DNA of 64,000 nucleotides from the NCBI GenBank assembly GCA_964304625.1, contig OZ199839.1, positions 7,072,234-7,136,233 on the forward strand, in the 5' to 3' direction. The notes beneath the pieces are model-generated. The model did not search any database, was not told the origin of the DNA, and worked only from the letters and a program-made list of their open reading frames with translations. Below, in pieces: positions 39,240-52,444 of this stretch. The DNA is from Kudoa neothunni. Taxonomy: Eukaryota > Animalia > Cnidaria. The position numbers and the translations under genes are program-made. Numbering within the stretch: position 1 is the stretch's first letter; each line of letters opens with the position of its first letter.

Positions 39240-39789
39240 GGATAGAGCACATATAAAACAAACGAACAACTTTAGATTTAAAAGCTGCGCGCACTTTTCT
39301 GAGAGGGATTGTAGAGTTTGTATTTTTTTACTATATTTTAATTAATTAATTAAATTAAATAATTTATATTTATTTTTAAAGTTATGTCTGAAAAGTTTGC
39401 TTTATTTTTAGTGAATCAAAATAGCATTGCGCATGCGAGAATATTTATTTGTAGAGAATTGTTAATTTTCACTTTCAATTATTATCTACGAAGGGGAATT
39501 TATTTTTAAACTATGACGTAGAATAATGTTAATATTACCTTTTGGAATCACTTAAAATTTTAAGTAAATTTAGTTTCGCCAAGAGTAAGGTTATAAAGAT
39601 TTAAATTTTACATGATTTAACCAGCATTCCCAACCCAAATCGGAAAAATCCGAATTTTTTGTAAAAATGGAATTAATATTTTATTATATGTATAAATATT
39701 ACGTTAATTTATAATTAACTCAGAATCTTCAAATTTATGACATCATTTTGTCAATGTGTTGAAAAAATTCCTCATTAGAACAAGATTAT

Positions 39790-40002
39790 CTAATGTAGAA
39801 CACAGCAATCTATTTCTTCTGATTTTTTCGACAATTCCAGATGGGAAAATTCTATTTCCGGAGAAGCATTAATTAGATCTAGAGGAAATAAAGATGTGCC
39901 GAATTTTCCGATAGAATTAAAATTTATTTGCCGATAAACAATGGCCAAAAAGGCGATTGTTAATAATTTAATCAAACAAACTTTGTTGTTGAGCCTATTC
40001 AA
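39790..40002 (-). pseudogene. Possible fragment of a membrane-anchored protein gene
   Basis: 70-aa ORF with hydrophobic stretch LIKLLTIAFLAIVY; no ATG start, and I could not build a continuation. Confidence 0.2.
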
Positions 40003-40639
40003 TTCCTTTAATTTAAAACAATTTTATTACAGTCTTTCGTTCGCTTTTTGAATAACACATAACAACTATACCTAGAAAGGTATTATTTTTATGTGCGACC
40101 ATTCATTCATTAAAATTAAGAAAAATTAGTCAAATAGATAATATTTAGTTAAATGTGAATTTGTTTAGGTAATAACTCAGATTAGAATTTTTTGAATATT
40201 GATAATAAATATCTGTTAATGATAACTTGGCATTGGATATCACCAACATCATAATCTTTTTTTTAATTCAAACATTCATAATTAAAACACAAAAATCTCT
40301 TCGTAATAATTCAAAAATGGTTAATTGTCATAATAAAACTATGTCTTGTCGCCAATAATAATAATAATAATAATAATAAATCTAAAATGTTGGTCTTAAC
40401 GTGAGCATAACATTTAAAGATGTGTTTATTTTGATAAATTTTTGGCATGTTTTTTAAGTGAAAGTTTTGTATTACGTGGGATTTAAGAATTATTAAAATT
40501 TTCGATTGTATCTTGGGTGTGGTGAACTTCTATTGCAGACATTTTAATTTGAAATAAAGCATTGTTCCAAATATAAAATTATCTACTCGTAGAATTCTTG
40601 TAATGAAATCAGTAACGATTAAATTCCATTTTTTGTGGA

Positions 40640-43600
40640 TCTACTATCTACTATATATACAAAACTGAAGTGTCCGTGTGTGTCTGCAAGTAAGCATGTG
40701 CGTCAAAAACTTTTCCTTATAGAGTGGCATTTATGAAACTTTTTAAAAGTGAAAATGTTCCCTAATGTATTTAGAAGATGGTGATTTTGTCGATTCAAAG
40801 TTTGTTTATCAGATTACTTAAGTTCAACAATAGAATTAACATCTGCTTATTACCTGCTGATGGTTGGTTGAAGTTAACTTTCCTCCTTATATACTTTATC
40901 AAATTTAAATTAAGCAATATCGTCTGACTTTGTATATAATTTAGTGTGTAAATTTAGGTGTTTGTGCAAATACACTCCGTATTTGTGGAGTTTTTACGTA
41001 TTTGACTTGATAAACACATTTTGAAGGTTCTCTTCATAGTCTTGGATATGATAAAAAATCTATATATGTTTCATGAATCGCGAATTGGTGGTGAACGTTA
41101 AAATTACATTGATTGAAGCATTATAATAGAAATGCTGCGTCCGTGGATTTCATTGAAATCGTCCGCTAAGTTTAACTTTCCGTGATTAAATTCAATGCAG
41201 ATGGTTGTACTTTTAATTCATCCGCGTACTCAAATTGTTAATGTTGAAGTTGACGCGATTTGTGGCTGTTTATGGGAAAAAGTGCGTTAAGCTTTTGCTG
41301 TGCCAGAAATATTAATTTGAGTAATAAAAATTAATTTTCGTCTATTTTCTTATAACTCTATATCTTTTTCTATTTATTTATCTCCCGTAAACAGTGGTGC
41401 ACAAATCTTCGGAGCCGGATCAAAAATAACGTTTAGGGTAAAATTTTAACGGGATTTAAATAATTCAGGAATGCAAAAAAAAATACGAGACTGACAATAA
41501 ATTATTTAGCGTTGGTACCTGGCCATGAGATTTTTAAATAGAGGCTAGGATTGATACTTACCTTCACAGAAATGATCGTAAGTTAAATTTCGCTAATCCA
41601 AATTGTTAATGTATGATGCTTAAAATTTTTTAGTTATTTTTCTTCTATGGGTTAATTCACGACTTCAATATATTTTGTGAATGTTATTAACCTTCCGAAC
41701 GTCTTTTAGGACCATTGGACCTCACATTTTTTGTCTATCAAACAATTAAGAAAAATCATTTACAACGATTTTGAGAATTCAATAAAATTTTATCGAGAAG
41801 AAACAGAGAAAAATAGAAAAAACCATACATGCGTTAAATGCTGATCATTACCGACGAGTAAAACGTTGCCATAAATGGTTCTTAGCGTAATATTTTGTAT
41901 GAATTTGGATCCTATATTAATGTATTTTATGATATCTTTTGATAATTTATATATTTATGTCATTCTACTGTTTCTGAAGATAAGGATGATGTTAATTGGT
42001 TTTCTGAGAAACTTCAAATAATTAAAAGTTTTAAACGAAATATTTTTCAAGGTATCCAGGTTCGATTTCTTATGTTTCAAACAGAATCACCTTCTTAGCT
42101 GATCATTCCTCATATTTTGTGATGAATCTATTTTCGCAATTGTTATATCAAACATTAACATGTTTACCAATTTTAATTATCAGAATTATTTAAGACTTTT
42201 CAAAACAAGGTTTATTAGCTAATTTGGGAATCCATCATTGTATTCCCATTTTTAGATCACAATTATAATGGTTCAAATTGCTTCGGAGTGTTGGAAAGTG
42301 AAGGGATATTTTTCGAAATATTATGCCATTAAATAGGTTTAATCAAATTTCGAGGGCCATCCATTCTGAAGAATTCAAAATCAGGAAAGCTTGAAGAATC
42401 GTGGATAAATTCTTCCCCATTTGTGATATTTTTAGGGGTTGGAAAGATTGTGGTTCCGAACTTTATTACTCCCAGGAGAGTTTGACCATTGACGAGTAGC
42501 TATTTGCTTTGGGGGAAAATTTTTCTTCGGGCAATATACCGAATTAAGTATTTTCTCCTTACCATTCCCGAGACCAAGTACACTCATAACTTTTCTGTGT
42601 CTGTGTCTGTGTCAGTGTCAGTGTATTTGGATAAAAATAATAATGAAACGTCAAAAAATGTTGGGGAGATATTGTCCTAGATCTTGTGTCATCATTAATG
42701 GAAAGTGGGGGAAATATCATTTGTGAAGATTTCTTTACTTCTGTTTCCATTTCACAAAAACTCTTACACGGGGAATGACTGGAATAATCCGAAATAATAA
42801 AAAAGATATTAGAAATTATGTAAAAAAGAATTCAAAACGGGTAGTTTCAGTACACTTTTGTTTAATCAAAAACTAATACTAATCTTCTATGTTCCTATAA
42901 AAGATGAAGCAGTTTTGCTGCTAACAACCCCCGGTTCATTATGAAAAAACCTGTTGTTAACCTGCAATATAATCGTTAAAAGAAGGAGTGGAATGATTGG
43001 ATAATATTATTGCTACAACGAGTGTATAAAGTAAACGAATCGATGGTCGACATCAATATTCTTCATTATGGTTGATATTAATTTGGTTAATTCATTTTAT
43101 CTTTATGACTGTTTTCTATGATCTCCATTGTTCAAGAGTTAAGTTTCAAGAAGATCTTGAAGATGGTTTGGCGAAGGATTATGTTCAGAGAAACAAAATC
43201 TGCGTTAATAAAAATTATAATTGCATAATAGAATTTCTTTGTCGCGAGTGATGCTGTTATTGTTCGAGATCTCGAGGCAGAAAAGAGAGGATTTTTGTTT
43301 CGTTTGTAGAGCCATCTGTAATGAACGCAATTCAAAAGTTGTTTTCGTGATATTTTGTAATATAAAAAACCAAAATAAGATAGATATCTCGCCTTTTATA
43401 TATTTTGGAGCAATACGTATTTCAAGTATTATTGGGCGTAATTATTAAGAAATTAATTACGAAGGAAACAATTTTTAAGATTTATTTAATGGAGAATGAT
43501 ATATATTTTTTATTAAAACCCAATATATTAAAACAGGAGACTAAACTCGTTGAATTTAATGCTTAATTTGAACTTTTAAATGTTTCGGTAATCATCGTTA

Positions 43601-43832
43601 ACAGCCGTCTGTGTTATAATTGTAACGTTTTCCAATATTTTATCGATAGTTATCTCTCATACTTTAGTAAATGACTTATTTCATTTTTATCCATAATTCA
43701 AGTTAACAAAAATGTGGGGTCCATTAGATTCCAAAAGAAGGAATGTGTAAAGTGGGTTTTCAGGCGTGAGGAAGGTTAAGAAGCGTATCTATGGGAAATC
43801 TTCCCCAAGCAACGCTGGGCGATTCACGCTAA
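40640..43832 (+). mobile_element. Non-autonomous Helitron-like element (~1.1 kb) interrupted by a piggyBac
   Basis: A|TCTACTATCTACTATATATACAAAACTGAAGTGTCCGTGTGTGTCTG start; 3' hairpin CCCCAAGCAACGCTGGGC then CTAA|T; its 3' portion matches 1-332 once 41691-43779 is removed. Confidence 0.7.
41691..43775 (+). mobile_element. Decayed piggyBac (PGBD4-like) element
   Basis: TTAA|CCTTCC ... GGAAGG|TTAA with subterminal inverted repeats (ACCTCACATTTTTTGT / ACAAAAATGTGGGGT). Remnants LTIDE*LFA, ICEDFFTSV and NRWSTSIFFIMVDI. Confidence 0.8.
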
Positions 43833-43838
43833 TTTATA

Positions 43839-45125
43839 CAATAGGGCCTCGATATAGTGTAATTAAAAATTTTTCGTTATTTTCTTACTTAAGAAGTTTC
43901 AACAAATTATTCCAGTCAATAGATAGTATGTTTAAAAGCACGGTTATTAATTTTTGGTTCGATCAAATTCAAAATCATCGAAATCGATGGCCTCGCTGTT
44001 GTGTGGCTTTTTTTCTTTCTTTTTAATCCGATTAATCCCATATTTGACCCCAACGAAATAATGGTAGGACGATCTCAGAGAAGCGTAGAAGAAAAAATTC
44101 AATATTACAACTCGATTAAAACAATATCTGGAGAAAAAAGGATGACAATGAGGCATTTAACATGCCAAGTAATGACTGGATTTTAAACTTCAATAAATCA
44201 GGATAGGAAATTCCTCTCTCGGTTGAATATTATCAAAAAAAGATGAACTTATTATTTCAAACGTTTCAATTGACCGAATACGAGTTTTACGGGGAAAATA
44301 CACTCAGATTGAAAGTGAGTTGTATAATTGGATAGTTACCATGCGAGAAAAAAAGGAAAACATCTCAAAATTTATAATTAAAGAAAAGGCGGTGCTTATA
44401 GCAAATAATCTTCAAGTCAAAGATTTTCATTACAGTAATGGGCGGTCTTGTAATTTCAAAAACGGTTCAGTGTAAACAATTAAAAGCTTCACGGCTAGGC
44501 AGGTGGTGCCAATGTGATGGCAGCTAATGAATGTATTGGACAATATTCGGATATAACAAATAATTACAATCATGAAAAAATGTTTAATCTTGACGAACTC
44601 GCTCTTTTTTACGAACAACTTCCCACACGTACTTATCGTACTTATACAACAAAAGACGAAGTCGAAATGGGGGGGGGGGGCTGTAAACGATCAAAAAAAA
44701 AAGAGAGTGACCGTGTTGGTAACTGCATCTTTGGTTGGAGAAAAACTTCTGCTTTATGTTATTGGTAAGTTTAAAAAATCATATTGTAAAAAGGGGTGAA
44801 TGATATCTCTTGCAAATATTCCTCTCAAAAAAATGGTTGGATGTCAGCAGCTATTTTCGATGAGATACTAAAAGATTTGGACAATAAACTTCTTAGAGAA
44901 AGTAGAAATGTTCTTATGTTATTAGATCAATTCCCTTCCCACCTTGAATTAATTAATTCATTTACAAACAACAAATTATTTTTTCTCCCAACAAATATCA
45001 CCAACATCGCGCGGCCAATGGATCTCGGTGCCACTAATAGTCTTAAGGTAAACTATAGAAAAATATTGGCCCAAAATCTTATATTTGATGACGATGCTAC
45101 ATATATTCTGAAATCTATTATATAA
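43839..45125 (+). mobile_element. Decayed pogo/Tigger transposase
   Basis: FNLDELALFY, KRVTVLVTASLVGEKL, SQKNGWMSAAIF, LLDQFPSH and ARPMDLG in broken frames; TIR-like TA|CAATAGGGCCTCGATATAGTG at the left. Confidence 0.85.
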
Positions 45126-47882
45126 AGCAAACCGGAAATCCATGTGTGTGTATTCATTTTTCATTATTTATAAAGAGACATATCGCTCCATTTGAGCACA
45201 CATATGGAAAGATAAAATTTTATTTTACCACAGAAAAATACATAAAAAATTATAAAAGATTCGTATCTTACAAAAAGATTAAAAACATTTCCACGTGGTA
45301 TAATTGATATGATTTGGGGATTTATGCAAACATAAATAAGATCATTTCGTTAAAAGTTTTAAAAGGTCAATTTTAAACATACCATAATGTTTATTTTACT
45401 TGAAAATTATTTAAAAATAATTTAATAATTGAATTAGTTCAAATAAGTGAGGTAACATTAGGTTACATAGCCAAACATGAATATGAAATTCATTTGTTGA
45501 TGTTTAACAAGATTAGTCTTGTTCATAAGGTATGATTTAGAAATTACTGTGAACATCAAGGAGAAAATCTATTTTTAGAAGCTCGAAAGAGGAAATTTTA
45601 AATGCTCAATAGTTTTTATTGATTTTTAAAAATATTAAATAAGGTTCATTCGTCTAATTATTAATGTAAGTTAATTAAAATACAATTTAAGACTAACTAC
45701 AGTAACTGTATACGAACTTAATGCGGCACCAACATACTATCGGAAAAAAGTCGTTTCCTGCAATTTGATTTCTCTTTCAAAAGGTTTTCATATTTCTTAA
45801 TATCATAAAAAATAACATTAAATAATTAAAATTCATATCGAAAAATAATTTTAAAATCCTAAGTCGAGCATATTTGGATTCTCGCGTAATTTCCATTTTA
45901 TTTAGAAAATATTTAAAATTCTTTTACTTTTTGTATTAAACATAATTATTTACATTAATTACTCCAATATTTGTTTATAATGAATAAGAGAGACCTATCA
46001 GATAACTCATTAGTTGCCGCATTTTATATATTAATGCGTCACAAAATTCAAATAAATTAAAGCAAACTCATGTGATATTTATGTTTACTTTCTTTAAACG
46101 TACATTTTGGTGAGCATACTTTGTAAAACGTAACAATTAACGTTCAAGAAACCTAAGTAGATCATATATTCACATACCAAAGTTTGGTATTTGAGTAGAT
46201 TATAAATATAAGGCGTAATATAACACTTTATAACCAAAAACTAATTAATAAATATTTATTTTTAGATTTTATATCATTTTTGTATTAGTTAAATAAATCA
46301 AACTTTATCTGTATAATTTTTTTACTATTTATCCAAATAATCTTAATTTACTTTAAACATAAAATGACTTTGACCTGACCTACTCAAGGTTTTGGTCTAT
46401 TTGGTCGGGCTTTTGCGCTAATTTCATATAATTAGGTTTACTTAACTGTCTCCTTAGGATAAATATAGATTTCACCATAATCAATATTCACATTTAAATA
46501 GCTCATTAAGATCATATATTCAAGTCATAGAACTACAACGCCTTTGTATCTAACTACTTAAGAGAAGTAAATTTCTACACGCTAATTCCTTCAATACACC
46601 CTTCCACGTTTCGAATTTAATTATCACGTTAAAACTAGTCCACCGACTTAAGAAAACTTTCGCTCATTCACTCACTCACAATTTCCGAAATATTAATCAA
46701 TCAACAAAACTATGTTAAAACAAGAAGAAAATCCGGCCGAGATATCAAAATTGATCTCTAAAGCGACTTTTACTTTAAATCAAATTACTTTTATCGATCA
46801 AAAAGGTAATATTCAAATTAAAACAACAAAAAACGGCACATAATTAAAAAGGAAGAATCCAAATAACAATGAAAAATGTTAAAATCGGTTTCAACTCGTT
46901 CAATATTCTGGGGGTAATTCTAAAGGAGCTCCAAACATGGGATATTTTTTCGAAAGGGTCTAAGACAGGTTGATTAGAAATCCTACATCAAAAACTTTAC
47001 TCTAAAACCGGCGAAATTCACTGGATCATCCCATCTGGCGTACTCACCGGGAATTTGTCTAAAAATTGGTAAAATTAATCCAACATTCATTCACTTTCCT
47101 AAATTGTAATTTTTAATGCATACATTGCTTGAGGGAAATGAGTCCAGTATCGGAATCCAACATAGAAGAAATGGATGCTACATCCAACCACAGTTGACTA
47201 AAGTAAGTTTTCATTTTATTTTCAAATAATATGAACTATTGTTCACATACTTCAGTATTATGGGTCACAAGAATGCATAAGTCATGGAATAACTTGCTCC
47301 TCACCATCTTGATTTCAAATATCGTAACTGATCGTAACTAAATCGCGTAATATCGCAAAATTAAGATATTAGTCGATTACACATATCCCAAATACATTAA
47401 ATACTGCAAAATACGATAAAAAGAATACTTGGCGTAAAAATATTAAATCTCAGATTAATCGCGCTAAAAGATAAACGTTTAACATGCGCGTACTCTCTAA
47501 AATAAACTTAAATATTTGTTATGTTAAGTCGGCCTATTGTAATCATTTAACATCTAAATATCACACATAGCACGGTCAAAGCTACCTTAATCTGAGAAAA
47601 ACTAATATGCGAATGTCTGACAGCGATATTAATCCCACCGGAGATTATTCAAATTAATCTTTATTAATATGTGCAATAAAAACTAAATAATTTTTTACAA
47701 CGCATAGCACATCAAATTCAGTTACCAACTAATCACATAATATTAAATTTAATTCTTCATTTCAAATAAAAAATCGACATACACGAACAAATTTATGATA
47801 TATAGATTTAAGTATCATAATCTTAATTACCGCCCTTATCGAAAACCCGCCAATAGTCGCATAACTTCGTGGAGTTGGTTCA

Positions 47883-50277
47883 ATGGCACCTAAAGTTCTC
47901 GATTTGATTGATAACGCAATTGGTTATTGCACTCAATTGAATGAGCTAGTATACAGTCAGCAATGTAACAACAGTGTGCGTATAGGAGTGTTTGATAAAT
48001 GTGAAATTTAGCATTTCTACAATTTGTGGAGAACCAGGAGCTTTGTCGCAAGAAATGGGAAGATGCAGAGATAAACAAAGTCAAATTTAAATCAGAATTG
48101 GATTTTCTTCAGGTGTGTGAAATGATTGTCTATTGTGTGACTTTGATTCGATTCGATTGTAGCCGCGATTAGAGCGTAAGGATAATCAGGTTAGAAATCT
48201 TCAACTGAAAATCGCCAAGTTGAATGAGAATATCACATCGTTGGAGGAGAAAAATCATAATCTTGTACGATCAAATATCGATGACATGTGTTGAGTGTTT
48301 ATTTTTGAAGGCGAACCAAATTAAAGAGATTGGGGATCTTTTGGGTGATCCGGACAATCTTTCAATTGAAATGAGGAATTATCTCAACTACAAAGAGTGC
48401 GTATTAGTTGTTGTGGTGATGCAATAATTTTCCGAATTAGGAATGATTGGACAATGTCTGCGACTCAGAATGAGGAAATGTAACAACAATTTATAGCTGT
48501 CTATCAATTTTTTCAATTACTAATGTAGAATGAACGAGCTAATGTATGATGTCAATACTCAAGTAATTAGTTAGCAACAAACTCCCACCTTAAGTTAAGC
48601 CACGTGATAATCTAATGATAACTACTAGGAAAATGTAGTGTGCAACACATTGCCACCTACCAATGTAAGATTTGATTGCATGAGATACCACTTTATTAGT
48701 GGTTTGTTCTGACGTAATTTAGAAAGTATCCAAAAGAGTATCTTTCAAAAATATTGATGATAGACATGCTAAACTTCCCAATTTGAATGGGAACTCTTTT
48801 ATTTACGACATCGACGGTTGTCATCTACCAGCTAGAGCGTTAGATGATCCCGATTTGAAAGGCATTGATTTGTATGCTATTGATTTGGGTGTTGTGTTAA
48901 TGAATTCCAAATATTGATTATAGAGAATATGTCGATTGTCTCGATAAGAAAAGCCATTGTTATTCTAATTGCACTGGTGCGGAACCGAATGCTGTTTGCA
49001 CAGGCGTATGTTTTGTTGTTATTGTTTTGGCGCTTAAAATTATCAACCCTCGGTAGTGCAAACAAAAGCTTCCATCCAGATCCTATTGTTACAAATGCGA
49101 TTGTACGTTTATAGTTTCCTATTGCTTTATTAAATTGTTTGAATTAGATTGTTATCAATATGCTCATAAACAATGTCGTTCTATTAACAATGTGTGTCCA
49201 TTGGCAGAAATAAGAGTATGAGTTTTTTGGAATTTTTTTTAAACATAATGTAATTGTTCGAAAATTAAATAGTTGGAGGATTTTGTAAAAGGAAGAAGTC
49301 CTCCAGTTCCTCGATTTGTGGTAATTACTTGTGGTTAGTTGACCTCTTGTTTATAACTATTTAATTAGAAACATTGTATCGTAGCTATTGAGAAGAGAGG
49401 TCTGAATGAGGTGGGCCTATATAGAATGTCTGGGTAAGAGTTAAGCGCTAATAAATTAATTTAAATAAAATATGGAATATAGCAATGAGAAAGATGTTCG
49501 CGAATGTCTCGATGCTTATGTTCATAGAGACCAAATAATAGTAAACAAATTCGTCGATATTCATGTGGTGACCAATTCGCTTAAACGATTTCTAACCCGT
49601 CTATCCGAACCTTTGATTACTAATGAGCTTCGCGCAAAGTTTATTGTAGCTGCAAGTAATAACTTTAATTAGTCATACATAATTAATGCTGTAATCCTCC
49701 ATTTTTCAACTTAGTTAAAAACGATCCTTATGTGCTGAAAAATCTACTGCTTAAATTGCCCCCACCAAATTTACACACATTGACTGTGTTGCTGGTGCAT
49801 TTGAAAAAAATTTGCTCTTCAAAAAATAGTTTGATGGATCCTAGCAATGTGGCCAAGGTTTTCGCTCCGACGCTTATCTCCATTGGAAATCCCAAGAAAA
49901 GCACCGAAATCTATCAACATGTAGAACAGGCCAAGAGAGTACATTACAGATGATTCGTCTTTTTACTTGAATTTTTCGTATTATTAATACTCAACAATGT
50001 TTAGGTGGTAGAACAATTGCTGTATGTTGAACTGCCCTTTTTCGAAAAAGTTCACTCAGACTATATGCTTTCGATCGATGATTGGAAACAGAAAAACCCA
50101 AATTTTGTTTCTAGAACCCCCGATGCTCCTCATTCGTCCAATTTTTTGTCAATCTATCCTACCATTGAATGCCCTATGACCGAAAATGTTCATGTGGTTA
50201 AAAAATCTAAGAAAAATGCGTTTAAAATGAAACGAAAATTGAATTTTTTCGGCAAAAAGTGGGAATTACCTCGTTGA
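47883..50277 (+). CDS. RACGAP1: Rac GTPase-activating protein 1 (MgcRacGAP/CYK-4), multi-exon
   Basis: N-terminal FLQFVENQELCRKKW and coiled coil; C1 domain H...CTGC...CDYCYQYAHKQC...C across three exons; RhoGAP domain HCIVAIEERGLNEVGLYRMSG...SLKRFLTRLSEPL...MDPSNVAKVFAPTL. Exons in 48440-48900 are less certain. Confidence 0.85.
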
Positions 50278-50521
50278 TGCCGATGGTTGTCAATTGGTTG
50301 GTTGGCTGACCAACTGACTGTAAAACCGTCCTTTTTTCTGATAGATACTTATCTACATTTTTTGATATGATTATTTTCTGTTACTGATTTGAATTTTTAA
50401 CGTATTATTGTTGGATTTATGGTCAGTATTAAGTTATCTTAAACTATTTGATGTCAGTTTTTTCAATCATAATTTTGTAAATATTTTATCAAGTTTCTTG
50501 CTCGGCAAAATTCAATCCCCT

Positions 50522-50560
50522 GTATATATATGTATATATATACATATATATATATATATG

Positions 50561-50592
<32 letters not shown>

Positions 50593-50730
50593 TGTATGTA
50601 TGTATGTATGTATGTATGTATGTATGTATGTATGTATGTATGTATGTATGTATGTATGTATGTATGTATGTATGTATGTATGTATGTATATGTATGTATG
50701 TATGTATATGTATGTATGTATGTATGTATG

Positions 50731-50762
<32 letters not shown>

Positions 50763-50812
50763 TGTATGTATGTATGTATGTATATGTATGTATGTATGTA
50801 TATGTGTATATA
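50522..50812. repeat. (TATG)n/(TA)n compound microsatellite, ~290 bp
   Basis: Directly visible; it explains the MYVC/HTYI pseudo-ORFs in the track. Confidence 0.98.
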
Positions 50813-51674
50813 GAAATGTCTGTAGTCATTTTTTCTCTGATTTCTCGCTAATAACTGAGAACTATAAGTAATTAATTATAGCGGGTTCGGTAATTGTGTA
50901 CCCGGTGGTGACTCACAAAATTTAATTTAAACATTTAGGCATGTTATTTCCTTCCGAAAACTTTACCAATATTTTTTCCTCTAAATTTAAGTATGAAGTA
51001 ATGCGTTTTTGTTTCACCAAAATTATTTTATACATTTTATGTATGTTGCTTGTGCGCGCGAATTCTTTGGTATTTAATCTAGTTATTGTTAACAACTATT
51101 TCTCTTACTCACTTCAGTTATATGTTCGTCAAAATATTCTAACATCTTTATGTTTCTATTATTTTTTTTAGTTCAAATAATTGAAAACAAACAACAGATC
51201 ACTTTTATGGCAGAATAGGGTAGCATGTGACACTTAAATAAACCATTCTGTGCATAGTTCTTTATGCCTACTCTTTCTTGGTTGTTTATAATTTAATAAA
51301 AGAATTTTTAAAGAAAGAATTCGGGTAATTATGATTTCATGTAATTTTTCTACAAAATCTTGAATAAAATACCGCCGGCACATGTAATGTATTCGTTAAA
51401 TCTCCAAAAACCAGTGAAAACCTACTCTATTGCACGTATGTTATTTAAATTTCCAAGTCTTACAATTTTGTAGCGAAACATTATTAAAAATGTTATTAGA
51501 TAGCTAATGAATTTATCAGGATAAGCTTTACACGTCTTATTGTAAAGTTGTTTCTTCTGTATCATATTTAGTATAACGATTATGAGCCTTTTAAAATAAT
51601 GATTCAATCGTTTATCGCATATTTTAGTTTATACATTTTTTTGAAAAATTTAATTGAATAATAAAAAAGGTATA

Positions 51675-52250
51675 CAGTAGGCAACCGATATTACGCATTT
51701 TCATCGATACGACGTATTCAAAATTTATATTGGGTCAAACTTTTTCTAATATTTTTATGATTATAACAAGATAAAAGTCTTAAAAATATTTTGGAATTAA
51801 ATTAGGAATTTTCCAATCCGGTATATTACGTGACTAAACGATACATGTACGTTTTTGGCAAAACCGCACAGATTAAGTTGTTTTTATTGGGGTCGAATAG
51901 AAAAAGTTTTTCGAGATATCTATCAAAAAATGATCATTCCCATGAAAATAGAAGAAATTTCATTTCAAGATAATGTTTGTTGCCAATTAAAGAATGATAT
52001 AGATGCACAGAAATAATGATTTCACGATTTAAATGTAAAACTTTCTTTTCATATTGTGCTAATAAAATATGAATAAGAAATAAAATAATATTTAAAATGT
52101 TTTAGAACTGACCATTCACTAAATTTTATCCCTGTGTAAAATGATATAAATATGATTAAAGTAAAAAGTGTAGTACCTATGCTGAAAAATAAAGGGCACA
52201 CAAATAATAACTGCGCACGCGATTTAGTGCGTGTCTTCGGTTGTTTACTG
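51675..52250. mobile_element. pogo-like MITE
   Basis: TA|CAGTAGGCAACCGA ... TCGGTTGTTTACTG|TA (12/14 TIR match); no ORF. Confidence 0.65.
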
Positions 52251-52444
52251 TAATCAGTATATCATAAATAGTTTATCGTAAAATTTTTATAGTAATAATA
52301 TTATCAATACTCAAATTTCATTACATTCAATAATAGTAGAACAAATGTTTTAGCAACTAATTTTTGAACAATCATTTTTGATGAATGCTATTTGTACGAA
52401 TGAAAAAGAGCAATGCGAATAGAAATTTAAGAATATATTGTTAA

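Noticed and set aside
50408-50871. Long ORFs with MYVC/HTYI repeats
   Set aside because: They are translations of the (TATG)n microsatellite.
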